Of a stretch of 64,000 nucleotides of DNA, positions 49,064 through 58,455 are shown one piece after another. The DNA comes from Gemmatimonadota bacterium. GTDB taxonomy: Bacteria > Gemmatimonadota > Gemmatimonadetes > Longimicrobiales > Gaopeijiaceae. Positions within the stretch are counted from its first letter, which is position 1, and every line of letters begins with the position of its first letter. A model generated the notes under the pieces. The model saw nothing but the letters and a program-made list of their open reading frames with translations. It had not been told where the DNA came from and searched no databases. A program made the position numbers and the translations under genes. The DNA is taken from positions 2,688,001 to 2,752,000 of the forward strand of contig JAXHMG010000003.1 of the NCBI GenBank assembly GCA_034521595.1. The letters run 5' to 3'.

Positions 49064-49981
49064 GTGGACTCCGTTTCGTCCACACCACAGCCCACGTCCA
49101 CCGCGGGCGACAGCGCCGACACGGGCGTGACGGTGCGGTGCGCCGGCGTCCGGGGCTCGATCCCGAGTCCCGGGCCGTACACGGTGCGCTATGGGGGCAA
49201 CACGAGCTGCGTGGAGCTTTGTTCAGGCTCGACCCGACTCCTGCTCGACGCCGGATCGGGGATCCGCGCCCTGGGCCGAGAGCTGGCGAGCGGGGACGTC
49301 AAGGAGCACACGATCCTCCTGACACACTTCCACTGGGACCACATCCAGGGGTTTCCGTTCTTCGGTCCGCTGCACGATCCCGCGTGCCACCTCCGCGTGT
49401 TCGCTCCCGGGCAGCCGAAGGCCGACGTGCGACAGCTCTTCGAACGTCAGATGGATCCGGCCTTCTTCCCCGTGCCCCTCGAGGCGGCCGCCGCGCGACT
49501 GACGTTCCATGAAGCTTCGGAGGGCCCGGTCGAGGGTCTCGGGGCCGTCGTGCACGCGATGCGGGTCAGACATCCGTCGCACGTGCTGGGCTACCGCATC
49601 GAGCTCGAGGGTCGGGTGGTGTGTTACGTCCCGGACAACGAGCTGGCGAGCACCGGGTACGACCTCGGACCCCGTTGGCGCGAGGAGATGATCGAGTTCG
49701 TCGGGGACGCGGACCTGCTCATCCACGACGCCATGTACACCGAGTCCGAGTACGAGAATCGCGAGGGCTGGGGCCACTCCACCTTTCGGCAGGCGGTGCG
49801 TCTCGCGGAGGATGCCGGGGTCCGACGTCTGCTCTTCTTCCACCACGACCCCGCCCGCACCGACGAGCAGCTCGACCGGATCGTCCACACCCTACGCGAG
49901 CACGTCGCGGCCCGTGGCTCCCGTGTCGAGCTCGAAGCCGCTTCCGAGGCCTCCTCCTTCCATGTGGAGCCACGCGCATGA
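49064..49981 (+). CDS. MBL-fold metallo-hydrolase (candidate cyclic-nucleotide phosphodiesterase)
   Basis: GVRGSIP, YGGNTSC, LDAGSG, THFHWDHIQGFPFF, LIHDAMY, GWGHS, FHHDP. GTG 49064 behind GGAGGA. Confidence 0.88.
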   Translation: MDSVSSTPQPTSTAGDSADTGVTVRCAGVRGSIPSPGPYTVRYGGNTSCVELCSGSTRLLLDAGSGIRALGRELASGDVKEHTILLTHFHWDHIQGFPFFGPLHDPACHLRVFAPGQPKADVRQLFERQMDPAFFPVPLEAAAARLTFHEASEGPVEGLGAVVHAMRVRHPSHVLGYRIELEGRVVCYVPDNELASTGYDLGPRWREEMIEFVGDADLLIHDAMYTESEYENREGWGHSTFRQAVRLAEDAGVRRLLFFHHDPARTDEQLDRIVHTLREHVAARGSRVELEAASEASSFHVEPRA

Positions 49982-51885
49982 GCACCCCCACCCGCCGGAG
50001 GCGAGGACGACTCGCGATCCTCCTCGCGACGCTTCCACCCCTGCTCGCGCTCGACGCGCCGGACCGGGCGGAGCCCACCAGTTGGGCACTCGTCGTGGGC
50101 GTCACCGACTACGTCCACTTCGACGACGAGGAGGGCGGCGATCTCCCGGGCGCGGAGCAGGATGCGCGCCGGATGCGCGATGTCCTGGTCAGTCGGGGAT
50201 ACGTGCCGGAGACGAACGTCCGACTCCTCCTGAACCGGGAAGCGACCCGCGCCGGAATGGAAGAGGCGATCACGGGCTGGCTCGGAGAGCGGGCTGCTCC
50301 CGGAGACGACGTCTTCGTCTTCTTCGCGGGGCACGGATCACAGATGTGGGACGAGGACGGGGACGAGAGCGACGGCCTGGACGAGACCCTCGCTCCGGCC
50401 GACGCGCTTCCCGACCGGACCGACAACGACATTTCGGACGACGTCTTCGGCATGTGGCTGGACGGGATCCCCACCGAAAACGTGATCGTGATCCTCGACA
50501 GCTGTCACTCCGGCACCGGAACGCGGGACGTCACCCCGTTCAGCCGCGCCCGTGCGCTGGGACGTGACCTGGACGACATCCCCGAGCCGGAGGAGGGGAT
50601 GAGAACCCGCACCGCCGATGGCGGTCCCGGCGCCGAGCCGTCGGGGTTCGAGGCCGGGGAGCGGGCCGTGCTCGAGCTGGCGGCCGCGCAACCCGATCAG
50701 GCCGCGGTCGAGGTTCTCTTCCCGGAAGAGGGGGGCGCCGAGCCTTTCCAGGGCGGAGCGTTCACGACCCACCTCGTCCGTGAGCTCTGGCGCGCGTCCG
50801 AGGGGGACACGTACGAACAGGTCTTCAGGCGGACCGCCGAAGCCATGAAGAGGAACCGGTTCCAGCAAGACCCGAGGCTTTCGGAAGAGGTCGACCTCAA
50901 GAATCGGTCGATCGCCCGACTCGACGCCACCGGATCCGCCGGGCGGCCGTCGGGTCTGCCCGTGCTCCGCGTTTCGGGAACACGGGTGGAGCTGGGAGGC
51001 GGCGCGGCCCTCGGGATCCCCCCCGGCTCGACCTTCGAGACGCCTTCCGGGGGTCGCCTCACGGTCGTGTCCAGCGGGGAGCGGGAGATCACCGCGGAGA
51101 TCGCCGAAGGCCCGGTCGAGGTCGGAGACCTGGCTCGCCTGACGGCCTATCGATACCCCGACCGCCCGCTCCTCGTGAACGTCGCGGCCGTCGATACGGA
51201 GATCGCCCGATCCCTGTCGGATATGCTCGAGGGCACGACGGGCATCCGGACGGTCGAGGATCCCGACGGCTTCAGCCACCTGCTCCTGCGCCGCTCGGGG
51301 GAGGAGCTCCGTGTCCTCGGGATCGACGGCTTCGTACGCCACGACGGTCTGAGCGCGGCCCCCGACGCGCTGGGGGCGGTGGCCGCCATCTTGCGGACGG
51401 AAGCCGCCTCGAAGCGGCTCGGTGATATGGAGAATCCCGCGCAACCCTTCGACGTACGGCTCGCGATGTCCGACGGCCGGTTCGCGTTCGGGCTCGGGGA
51501 AGAGATCCGGTTCCGCCTTCGGTCGGAGCGGGACGGGTATCTCACCCTCGTCGACCTCGGCACGGACGGTACCGTTGCGATGCTCTTTCCGAACGGAGAA
51601 ACGCCGAGCGTGAGGGTGCGGGCCGGGGAAGAGATCGTGTACCCAGCCGGCGCCGACGTGTACTTCGAGGCGCTGCCTCCGGCCGGCAGCGGTCTGGTGC
51701 GCGCCTTCGTGACGGACCGGCCGCTCGACATCCCGATACCGGACGGCGAAACCTACGCCTATGGAGACGAAGAGTTCGCCGCCACGGTCGTGGAGGCGCT
51801 CCTCGACGCCGTCGGGTCCAGCCACGGTGGCGTCACGCTCGATTCCTGGGGCACCGCGTCGCTCACGTACCGGATCCGTCCGTGA
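49978..51885 (+). CDS. Exported caspase-family (peptidase C14, metacaspase-like) protein with C-terminal DUF4384-like domain
   Basis: Arg-rich then hydrophobic N-terminus; WALVVGVTDY, FFAGHGSQ (His), ILDSCHSG (Cys), GAFT..L, Q.P.L; C-terminal GEEIRF..SERDGYLTLVD..DGTV.MLFPN. ATGA overlap with the MBL gene. Confidence 0.88.
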   Translation: MSTPTRRRRGRLAILLATLPPLLALDAPDRAEPTSWALVVGVTDYVHFDDEEGGDLPGAEQDARRMRDVLVSRGYVPETNVRLLLNREATRAGMEEAITGWLGERAAPGDDVFVFFAGHGSQMWDEDGDESDGLDETLAPADALPDRTDNDISDDVFGMWLDGIPTENVIVILDSCHSGTGTRDVTPFSRARALGRDLDDIPEPEEGMRTRTADGGPGAEPSGFEAGERAVLELAAAQPDQAAVEVLFPEEGGAEPFQGGAFTTHLVRELWRASEGDTYEQVFRRTAEAMKRNRFQQDPRLSEEVDLKNRSIARLDATGSAGRPSGLPVLRVSGTRVELGGGAALGIPPGSTFETPSGGRLTVVSSGEREITAEIAEGPVEVGDLARLTAYRYPDRPLLVNVAAVDTEIARSLSDMLEGTTGIRTVEDPDGFSHLLLRRSGEELRVLGIDGFVRHDGLSAAPDALGAVAAILRTEAASKRLGDMENPAQPFDVRLAMSDGRFAFGLGEEIRFRLRSERDGYLTLVDLGTDGTVAMLFPNGETPSVRVRAGEEIVYPAGADVYFEALPPAGSGLVRAFVTDRPLDIPIPDGETYAYGDEEFAATVVEALLDAVGSSHGGVTLDSWGTASLTYRIRP

Positions 51886-51939
51886 TGCGAACCTACGTGA
51901 TCCGACCGACCCCGTGACGCCCTCGCCGTTTCGCCCGAA

Positions 51940-54192
51940 GTGAGTCGCGCGAGGAAGTTGCGGCGACTCGCCGCGTTCCTGGCCATCGTGCTCGGCGCGT
52001 CGTCGCTCGCGCTCGTTCTCGACGCGATGGGGGAGCTCACGGGCCTCCGCGCGTTCGAGGATCTCACGCTCGATCTGCGGCAGCGCACGACGGCGGAGTC
52101 ACTCCTGCCGGGCCCCTCGGAGCGTTCGACCGACGTGGTCCTGGTTCTCTTCGACGAGCATTCCGTGCTCGACCCGGATTTCGGGTGGCCCTGGCTCTCG
52201 CCGTTCCCCAGAAGCGTGCTCGCCGACCTGGTGGACGCGCTTTCGGAGGCCGGCGCCCGCACGATCGGCTTGGACGTCTACCTCGACCGCCTCTTCCCCG
52301 GTCTCGACACCATCGACGGGGGCAACGACCGCCTGCACGCGGCGATGGAGCGGGCCGGCAACGTGGTCCTAGCCGCACCGCTCCAACGGACGGACTCGGG
52401 ACCGACCGTCGCTCCACCCCACCCGATGTTCGCCACCGCGGCCACCGACGTGGGCGCCGCCGACCTCCCGGCCGCCTTCGAGACCTTCCGGGATGGGGCT
52501 CTGGCGGTACGCTCCGGCAACGGTCTGGAGCCTTCGTTCTCCCTGGCGCTCTACGCTCACGCTCGGGGCCTGGACACCGACTCGCTGCTCGCGGCGGCGG
52601 AGCGCTCGGGCCGGCTCGACCTCCCCGGCCTCCCCGAGAACGTGGGGCACGTGCCGAGCGGCTGGTTCCGGGACGACGGCGCGGGAGCGGGGTCCATCGT
52701 GCCGTTCCGGGTCCGGTACACCGGCCCTCCCTCGAGCGCGGACGCGGAGGACCCACCGGGCACGTTTCCCACGTACGCGTCCGGAACGCTCCCCGTGACG
52801 GCCTCGTTCGCACCCGAGATGTTTCGCGACAAGATCGTTCTTCTCGGAACGGGCTTTCACGACGAAGACAAGTTCCGGACGCCGTTCTACGGCGCTTCAC
52901 CTCCCGACGATGTCGAAGGCCCGGACGGCCGGGAACCGTACACGTGGATGTTCGGTGTCGAGCTCCACGCCAACGCGCTCCAGAACATGCTCGACGAACG
53001 CTACGTCGAGCCACTGGGCTCGACCGCCTCGGCCCTGCTGCTGCTTCTCGTGGCGTTCGTGCCGGCCGCCGTGACGTTCCGGTCCGGGGCAGCGTGGAGC
53101 GGAGTGGTGACCGCGGGCGTCATTCTCGGCGTCGTGGCCGGCGCCTGGTGGGCCTGGGCCGGAGCCGTGTATGTGCCCGGCTTCGAGGTCACGGGCCTCG
53201 GCACCGCTTTTCTCTGGGTTCCCGTCGCGGCCCCGATGGCTTCCGGCCTGCTCTCCTATGTCGGATCCGTGGGATACGTAGCCATCGTGGAAGGGCGGGA
53301 AAAGCGATTCATCAAGAACGCATTCGGGAAATATCTCTCGCCCGACGTCGTTGCCGAGATCGCTGACGACCCCGAATCGCTCTCGCTCGGCGGGCAGAGT
53401 CGTCCACTCTCGTTGCTCTTCTCCGACCTGTCCGGCTTTACCTCGCTTTCGGAGCAGCTGTCACCCGAAGAGCTCGTCGCCCTGCTGAACGAGTACCTCG
53501 ACGACATGACCCGAGTCGTGCTGTCCGAGCGCGGATATCTGGACAAATACATCGGGGACGCGATCATGGCGTTCTGGAACGCCCCGCGCGCGCTCGACGA
53601 TCATCCGGACCGGGCGCTCCGGGCGGCGGTTCGAATGCAACGAAGCCTCGATCGGCTCAACGCGCGGTGGAGTCGAGACCACGACCGCCCCGACCTTCGG
53701 GCGCGGATCGGCGTGCACACGGGGCCCGCCGTCGTGGGGAACGTCGGGGGCCGCGACCGTTTCGACTATTCGGCCATCGGGGACGCGGTGAACCTCGCCG
53801 CGCGCCTCGAGCCGGCCAACGACACCTACGGCACGCGCATCATCACCTCACGGGAGACATTGGACGAGGCGGACGCCACCCGCTTCCGGATCCGCGAGCT
53901 CGACCTCGTGGCGGTGAAGGGGAGAGACCAACCGGTCTCGATTCACGAGGTCGTGGAGCTCCGCGAAGCCGAGCTTCCCCCCGGGCTCGCACGTGCGCTC
54001 GAGCGATACGACCAGGGCTTGGCCGCCTACCGGGCAAGGGATTGGAACCGGGCGAAGACGCACTTCGTATCCGCACTCGACGCCCGGCCGGAAGACGGCC
54101 CGAGCCGACTGTACGTCGCCCGCTGCGACGCGCACATCACCGACCCACCCGCTCCCGATTGGGATTTCGTGGTGCAACGGAGCTCGAAGTAA
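51940..54192 (+). CDS. CHASE2-domain class III adenylate cyclase with C-terminal TPR
   Basis: PFPRSVLADLV..GARTIGLDV, DKIVLLG, DKFRTPF, GVELHANAL; 3 TM segments; FGKYLSP, LFSDLSGFT, DKYIGDAIMAFW, DYSAIGDAVNLAARLE, VKGR. Confidence 0.93.
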   Translation: MSRARKLRRLAAFLAIVLGASSLALVLDAMGELTGLRAFEDLTLDLRQRTTAESLLPGPSERSTDVVLVLFDEHSVLDPDFGWPWLSPFPRSVLADLVDALSEAGARTIGLDVYLDRLFPGLDTIDGGNDRLHAAMERAGNVVLAAPLQRTDSGPTVAPPHPMFATAATDVGAADLPAAFETFRDGALAVRSGNGLEPSFSLALYAHARGLDTDSLLAAAERSGRLDLPGLPENVGHVPSGWFRDDGAGAGSIVPFRVRYTGPPSSADAEDPPGTFPTYASGTLPVTASFAPEMFRDKIVLLGTGFHDEDKFRTPFYGASPPDDVEGPDGREPYTWMFGVELHANALQNMLDERYVEPLGSTASALLLLLVAFVPAAVTFRSGAAWSGVVTAGVILGVVAGAWWAWAGAVYVPGFEVTGLGTAFLWVPVAAPMASGLLSYVGSVGYVAIVEGREKRFIKNAFGKYLSPDVVAEIADDPESLSLGGQSRPLSLLFSDLSGFTSLSEQLSPEELVALLNEYLDDMTRVVLSERGYLDKYIGDAIMAFWNAPRALDDHPDRALRAAVRMQRSLDRLNARWSRDHDRPDLRARIGVHTGPAVVGNVGGRDRFDYSAIGDAVNLAARLEPANDTYGTRIITSRETLDEADATRFRIRELDLVAVKGRDQPVSIHEVVELREAELPPGLARALERYDQGLAAYRARDWNRAKTHFVSALDARPEDGPSRLYVARCDAHITDPPAPDWDFVVQRSSK

Positions 54193-54229
54193 GAGATTGG
54201 AAGAGTTTTCGCCGTTCCGGGAGACGCAA

Positions 54230-55213
54230 ATGCAGCATCCAAAGAGACCAACCTCCGCAGGAGGCGGCGGCCACGCCGCACGACGAGGGCGGATCCTGGC
54301 ATGGGTCACGCTGGCCGCGGCCTTCACCGGAGCCGCGACGGACACATCCGCCCAGGAGGAGGCGGTCGCGCTCGTCGTGCGTGTTCAGGGCGCGGTTCAG
54401 GTCGAGCGTGGGGATGACTCGGGGCCGGCAGCGGTCGGGCTGCGCCTCATCGAAGGCGACGAGCTGCGACCCGAAGACGGAGGGCGCGCGATCCTCGTCA
54501 CACCGTCGGGCGCCCAACAGGTGGTGACCGAGGCGACGACCGTGCGTGCTCCGGCCGTCACCGAGCCCACGGACCTCTTCACTCGCGCGGTCGCGACGCT
54601 CGCGCAGGCCGCGAGCGTGGACGCCACACTCGGTGGTCGGCAGGGCATGATCCGCCCCATTCCCGGACGAACGTCGCTCGTCGCGCCACGAAACGATCTG
54701 CTCGTGTCATCCACGCGACCCACCTTCCGATGGACCGCCACGCCCGACGCTCGCTACGACCTCATGTTGCGACGAGCCGACGGTGGCCGGCCCGAAATCT
54801 TCGAAGTCGGGACGGATACCGTGTGGAGCCTCCCGAGGGAGCTGGACGCGCTACGGGAGGGAGACACGTACGCGTGGACGGTGTTCGTCGGGGGACGGGA
54901 CGGCGGTCGGCCACTGCCGCAGCAGGAGTTCCGGGTCCTCGATGCCGAGCGACGTGGGGAGCTCGAGTCCCGGCTCGACGCGGTACGTGCGCTCGATCTG
55001 GATCCGACGGCAGAAGGGTTGGCGCTGAGCGCCATCATCTACCACGACTTCGAGCTCTTCTACGACGCCACTGCCGCGCTGCGGGAGCTGCGGGAAGCCG
55101 GAGCCCCCCTCAGCCCGAACCTCCACCGGCTGGAAGGCGAAGCGTGGGCTGAGCTCGGGGACGCGGAAGCCGCCCGTGCCGCGTTCGATCGGGCGACGGG
55201 AGGAGCACATTGA
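54230..55213 (+). CDS. Exported FecR-like plus DUF928-like protein with C-terminal TPR-like helices
   Basis: Signal peptide ending SAQ; VRVQGAVQV..L..GDEL; LVAP..TRPTFRW, YAWTV, IYHDFELFYDA. Confidence 0.6.
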   Translation: MQHPKRPTSAGGGGHAARRGRILAWVTLAAAFTGAATDTSAQEEAVALVVRVQGAVQVERGDDSGPAAVGLRLIEGDELRPEDGGRAILVTPSGAQQVVTEATTVRAPAVTEPTDLFTRAVATLAQAASVDATLGGRQGMIRPIPGRTSLVAPRNDLLVSSTRPTFRWTATPDARYDLMLRRADGGRPEIFEVGTDTVWSLPRELDALREGDTYAWTVFVGGRDGGRPLPQQEFRVLDAERRGELESRLDAVRALDLDPTAEGLALSAIIYHDFELFYDATAALRELREAGAPLSPNLHRLEGEAWAELGDAEAARAAFDRATGGAH

Positions 55214-56904
55214 CCCCGGACGCATCCCCCAGCGACGACCTCCGCACCGCGCTCGACGAAACCCGCGAGGATCTGGCTCGCACCCGAGCCGAGCTGGACC
55301 GGGCCCACACGGAGCTTCGGGAGCTCCATCGCATCGGCGCGGCGCTCATGAGCGAACGAAACCCGTCGCGGCTCATGGACTCGATTCTCTCGCAAGCACG
55401 GGCGCTCACCACGTCCGACGCGGGAAGCCTGTACCTGGTCGAAGAGGACGAAGAAGGAAACAGCCTGCTGCACTTCCTGGGTTCGCAGAACGACACGCTT
55501 CCGGACCTGCCGCCGGTCGACTTCACGCTTCCCATCGACGAAGGCTCCATCGCCGGGTACGCGGCCACGACGGGTGAGCCGTTGGTGCTCGATGACGTCT
55601 ACGATCTTCCGGACGACCTACCGTTTTCGTTCAACAAGACGGTGTACGACGAGAAATACGGGTACCGTGCGAAGTCGATGCTCGTCGTGCCGATGCTCGA
55701 CCACCGGGACCACGTGGTCGGGGTTTTGCAGCTCATCAATCGCAAGCGCGAGCCCACCGCGACCGTGCGGTCCGAGGCGGAGGCCGAGCGGTGGGTCCTC
55801 CCGTACACCGAGCGCGAGGTGACGTTGGTTTCTTCGCTGGCCGGCCAGGCCGCGGTCTCCATCGAGAACGGCCGCCTCTACCGGGACATCGAGAACCTCT
55901 TCGCCGGGTTCATCAAGGCAGCGGTGACGGCCATCGACCGCCGTGATCCGACCACGGCCGGTCATTCGGTTCGGGTGACCGAGCTCACCTGCGCGATGGC
56001 CGAGCTCATGAACGAGCAGGACGAGGGCCCGTTCTCGGACGTCGCATTCGACGAGGAAGAGTTGAAGCAGCTCCGCTATGCGGGTCTTCTACACGATTTC
56101 GGGAAAGTCGCGGTCCGCGAGGAGACGCTGGTCAAGGCGAACAAGCTCCCCCCGGTGCTCCAATCGCGGGTGGAAGCACGGTTCGCGTTGATCCGTCGTA
56201 CGTTGGAGCGAGTGGCGGCCGATGACCGGGCGGCCGTGCTCGCGCGCGCCGCGGAAGCCGGCGACCGACGGACGCCGACCGCCCGCGACCACACCGCCGC
56301 CGAGCTGGCCACGATCGACGAGCGGCTGGAGCGGGAGCTCGCCGAACTCGACCGCTACTGGACCGCGATCCGCGAAGCGAACGTTCCCCGCGTGCTCGAA
56401 GAAGGCGCCGCGGAGATCCTGGAGGAGATCGCCGGCAAGACGTTCGAGGATGCCGACGGGGAGGAGCACCCCTACCTCACGCCGGAAGAGCTCCACTACC
56501 TGTCCATCCGCCGTGGCAACCTCGACGAACGGGAGCGCGCCCAGATCGAGTCCCACGTGCTCCACTCCTACGACTTCCTGCTCGACATTCCGTGGACGGA
56601 GGATCTTTCCCGGATCGCCGAGATCGTGCGCGGCCACCACGAAAAGCTGGACGGAACCGGATACCCCGACGGCGTCACGGCGGAGCACCTCGCCCTCGAA
56701 ACCCGCATCATGACCGTTTGCGACATCTTCGACGCGCTCACGGCGTCCGACCGACCCTACAAGAAGGCGGTTCCGGTCGAGAAGGCGCTCGACATCCTGC
56801 GCGCCGAAGCCGCAGAAGGGGCCCTCGCTCCGGACATCGTCGAGCTGTTCATCGAGAGCGGGGTGTACCGGAAGGTGCTGGAAACGGATTGGCGGGAGCT
56901 GTAA
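55210..56904 (+). CDS. GAF plus HD-GYP phosphodiesterase
   Basis: DAGSLY, SIAGYAA, DDVY, SMLVVPM, GVLQLIN; GHSVRV, LHDFGK, HHEKLDGTGYP, DIFDALTASDRPYK. TTGA overlap with the upstream gene. Confidence 0.93.
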   Translation: MTPDASPSDDLRTALDETREDLARTRAELDRAHTELRELHRIGAALMSERNPSRLMDSILSQARALTTSDAGSLYLVEEDEEGNSLLHFLGSQNDTLPDLPPVDFTLPIDEGSIAGYAATTGEPLVLDDVYDLPDDLPFSFNKTVYDEKYGYRAKSMLVVPMLDHRDHVVGVLQLINRKREPTATVRSEAEAERWVLPYTEREVTLVSSLAGQAAVSIENGRLYRDIENLFAGFIKAAVTAIDRRDPTTAGHSVRVTELTCAMAELMNEQDEGPFSDVAFDEEELKQLRYAGLLHDFGKVAVREETLVKANKLPPVLQSRVEARFALIRRTLERVAADDRAAVLARAAEAGDRRTPTARDHTAAELATIDERLERELAELDRYWTAIREANVPRVLEEGAAEILEEIAGKTFEDADGEEHPYLTPEELHYLSIRRGNLDERERAQIESHVLHSYDFLLDIPWTEDLSRIAEIVRGHHEKLDGTGYPDGVTAEHLALETRIMTVCDIFDALTASDRPYKKAVPVEKALDILRAEAAEGALAPDIVELFIESGVYRKVLETDWREL

Positions 56905-58234
56905 CTCCGGGGAACCGCCGCGACATCCACTCGAACGCACCTCGGAGCAACCACGCGGCCGCGGCGACGATCAAGGCGAGCGCCCCCCACCGGAGCAACG
57001 TGGCGGCGAAGCCGAGATCGAACGCCGGCATGGTGAGCTCGTGCTGGAGAAAGCCCCCACCGCGCTCGATCATCCAGTGCCACCCGGTATGGGCGAGCAT
57101 CGCGGAAAGCACCACCACGCCCGCCACCTCGGGGACGACCTTCCGGAAGAGCAGCTCGAGCAAGGGCGCCGCGAGCGCCAGCACGAGAAGCTGTCCCAGC
57201 TCGACCCCCACGTTGAACGCGAGCAGCGACGTGATCAGGTGGGCCCCCGCGAATTGGAGGGACTCCGAGAGCACGAAGGAGAACCCGAATCCGTGCACGA
57301 GCCCGAACCCGAATGCGATCGCCCACCGGCGGTGCAGGCGTGCCCCCAGAATGTTCTCGAACGCCATGAAGACGATCGAGGCGGCAATGAGCGTTTCGAT
57401 GAGGGGCGGGAACCAGAGCGCCTCCGGGGCGAGTCCGAGCGCCGAGGCGATGAGCGTGATGGAATGGGCCACCGTGAACGCCGTGACCACGGGAACGAGC
57501 GCCCGCACACTGCGGAACGGCACCACGAGGCAGAGCAGAAAGAGAAGGTGGTCGATGCCGTCGAGGATGTGCTCGAACCCGAGGACCACGAACCGGAGCG
57601 CGGCCTGGTGCCACCGCGGATCGAGCCGGACGAGCCCCGGATTCCCAGTGTACTGGAAGACGCGCTCCGTCTCGGCATCCGGGAGGAACCGCAGGACCGT
57701 CAGGGTCCGAAGACCGAGGTGGGCGAACCGGGGGTCGATCGAGAACTCCGAGCGGTCCGAAGCGATCGGCACTTCGAAGAGCACGTCGAGCGCCGCCTGG
57801 CGCCAGTGGAGCTCCGTGCCCGCCGGCAGGGGATCGGACTGAACGTGCGCGAGCGCCAGCTCGTAGTCCCCGAACGAACGGTCTCCCGGCGCCGACACCC
57901 GAGCCTCCGTGAGCTCCAGCCCTTCGAGCACGCGGTCGTTCTCGCGGACCTCCACGTAGCCGCCGATCCACTGGCGTGCGGCGTTCCGGATCAGCGGCTC
58001 GGCCCGCTCGATCTCGAGGTACCCCGGCCCTCGAACCGGGAAGTCGTAGTCGCGCATCGACTCCAGGGGTACCCGCACGAGGAGTCGCAAGCGATCGCCT
58101 TCGGGCTTCACGAACGCCTGGACCGTCACGTCGGCGGGGATCTCGTGCGCTTCGGGCCAAGACGGGAGCAGGAGGACGAACGCGACGACGAGCGCGGCCG
58201 TGCGACGGATGGACGGCCCGGTTGGACGAAGCAT
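56849..58234 (-). CDS. HupE/UreJ family membrane protein with N-terminal periplasmic domain
   Basis: Signal peptide then AHEIP; GFEHILDGIDHLLF, TAFTVAHSITL, FGLVHGFGF, FNVGVELGQ. 3' end overlaps the convergent HD-GYP gene by 56 nt. Confidence 0.88.
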   Translation of the reverse strand: MLRPTGPSIRRTAALVVAFVLLLPSWPEAHEIPADVTVQAFVKPEGDRLRLLVRVPLESMRDYDFPVRGPGYLEIERAEPLIRNAARQWIGGYVEVRENDRVLEGLELTEARVSAPGDRSFGDYELALAHVQSDPLPAGTELHWRQAALDVLFEVPIASDRSEFSIDPRFAHLGLRTLTVLRFLPDAETERVFQYTGNPGLVRLDPRWHQAALRFVVLGFEHILDGIDHLLFLLCLVVPFRSVRALVPVVTAFTVAHSITLIASALGLAPEALWFPPLIETLIAASIVFMAFENILGARLHRRWAIAFGFGLVHGFGFSFVLSESLQFAGAHLITSLLAFNVGVELGQLLVLALAAPLLELLFRKVVPEVAGVVVLSAMLAHTGWHWMIERGGGFLQHELTMPAFDLGFAATLLRWGALALIVAAAAWLLRGAFEWMSRRFPGVTAPANPFPAPSGTPRSR

Positions 58235-58455
58235 CGGCGAACTCCGGGGGTTGGACTCTCGTGGGCCGCGAAGGTACGCCGGGGAGAATCGGACCCACAA
58301 GGTCGCCCCGACGGCCACCACGCTGCATGACTCGATATCCCGCTGCGGGAATTGCCGAACCGTCTCGGGGGCCGTAGCCTACCGGAGCGGTGCACCCGCG
58401 GGAGCGTTGCCGGAAGCGCTCCCACGATCCACGCGGCAGAGGGAGAGAACAGCGC

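Noticed and set aside
47478-56904. Pycsar/CBASS-type anti-phage system (cyclase, cNMP-binding protein, caspase, MBL)
   Set aside because: The cyclase has adenylyl-specifying residues and a periplasmic CHASE2 sensor; the cNMP protein has no TIR or TM effector; the caspase appears exported and lacks SAVED/CARF. A defence role is not excluded but is unsupported.
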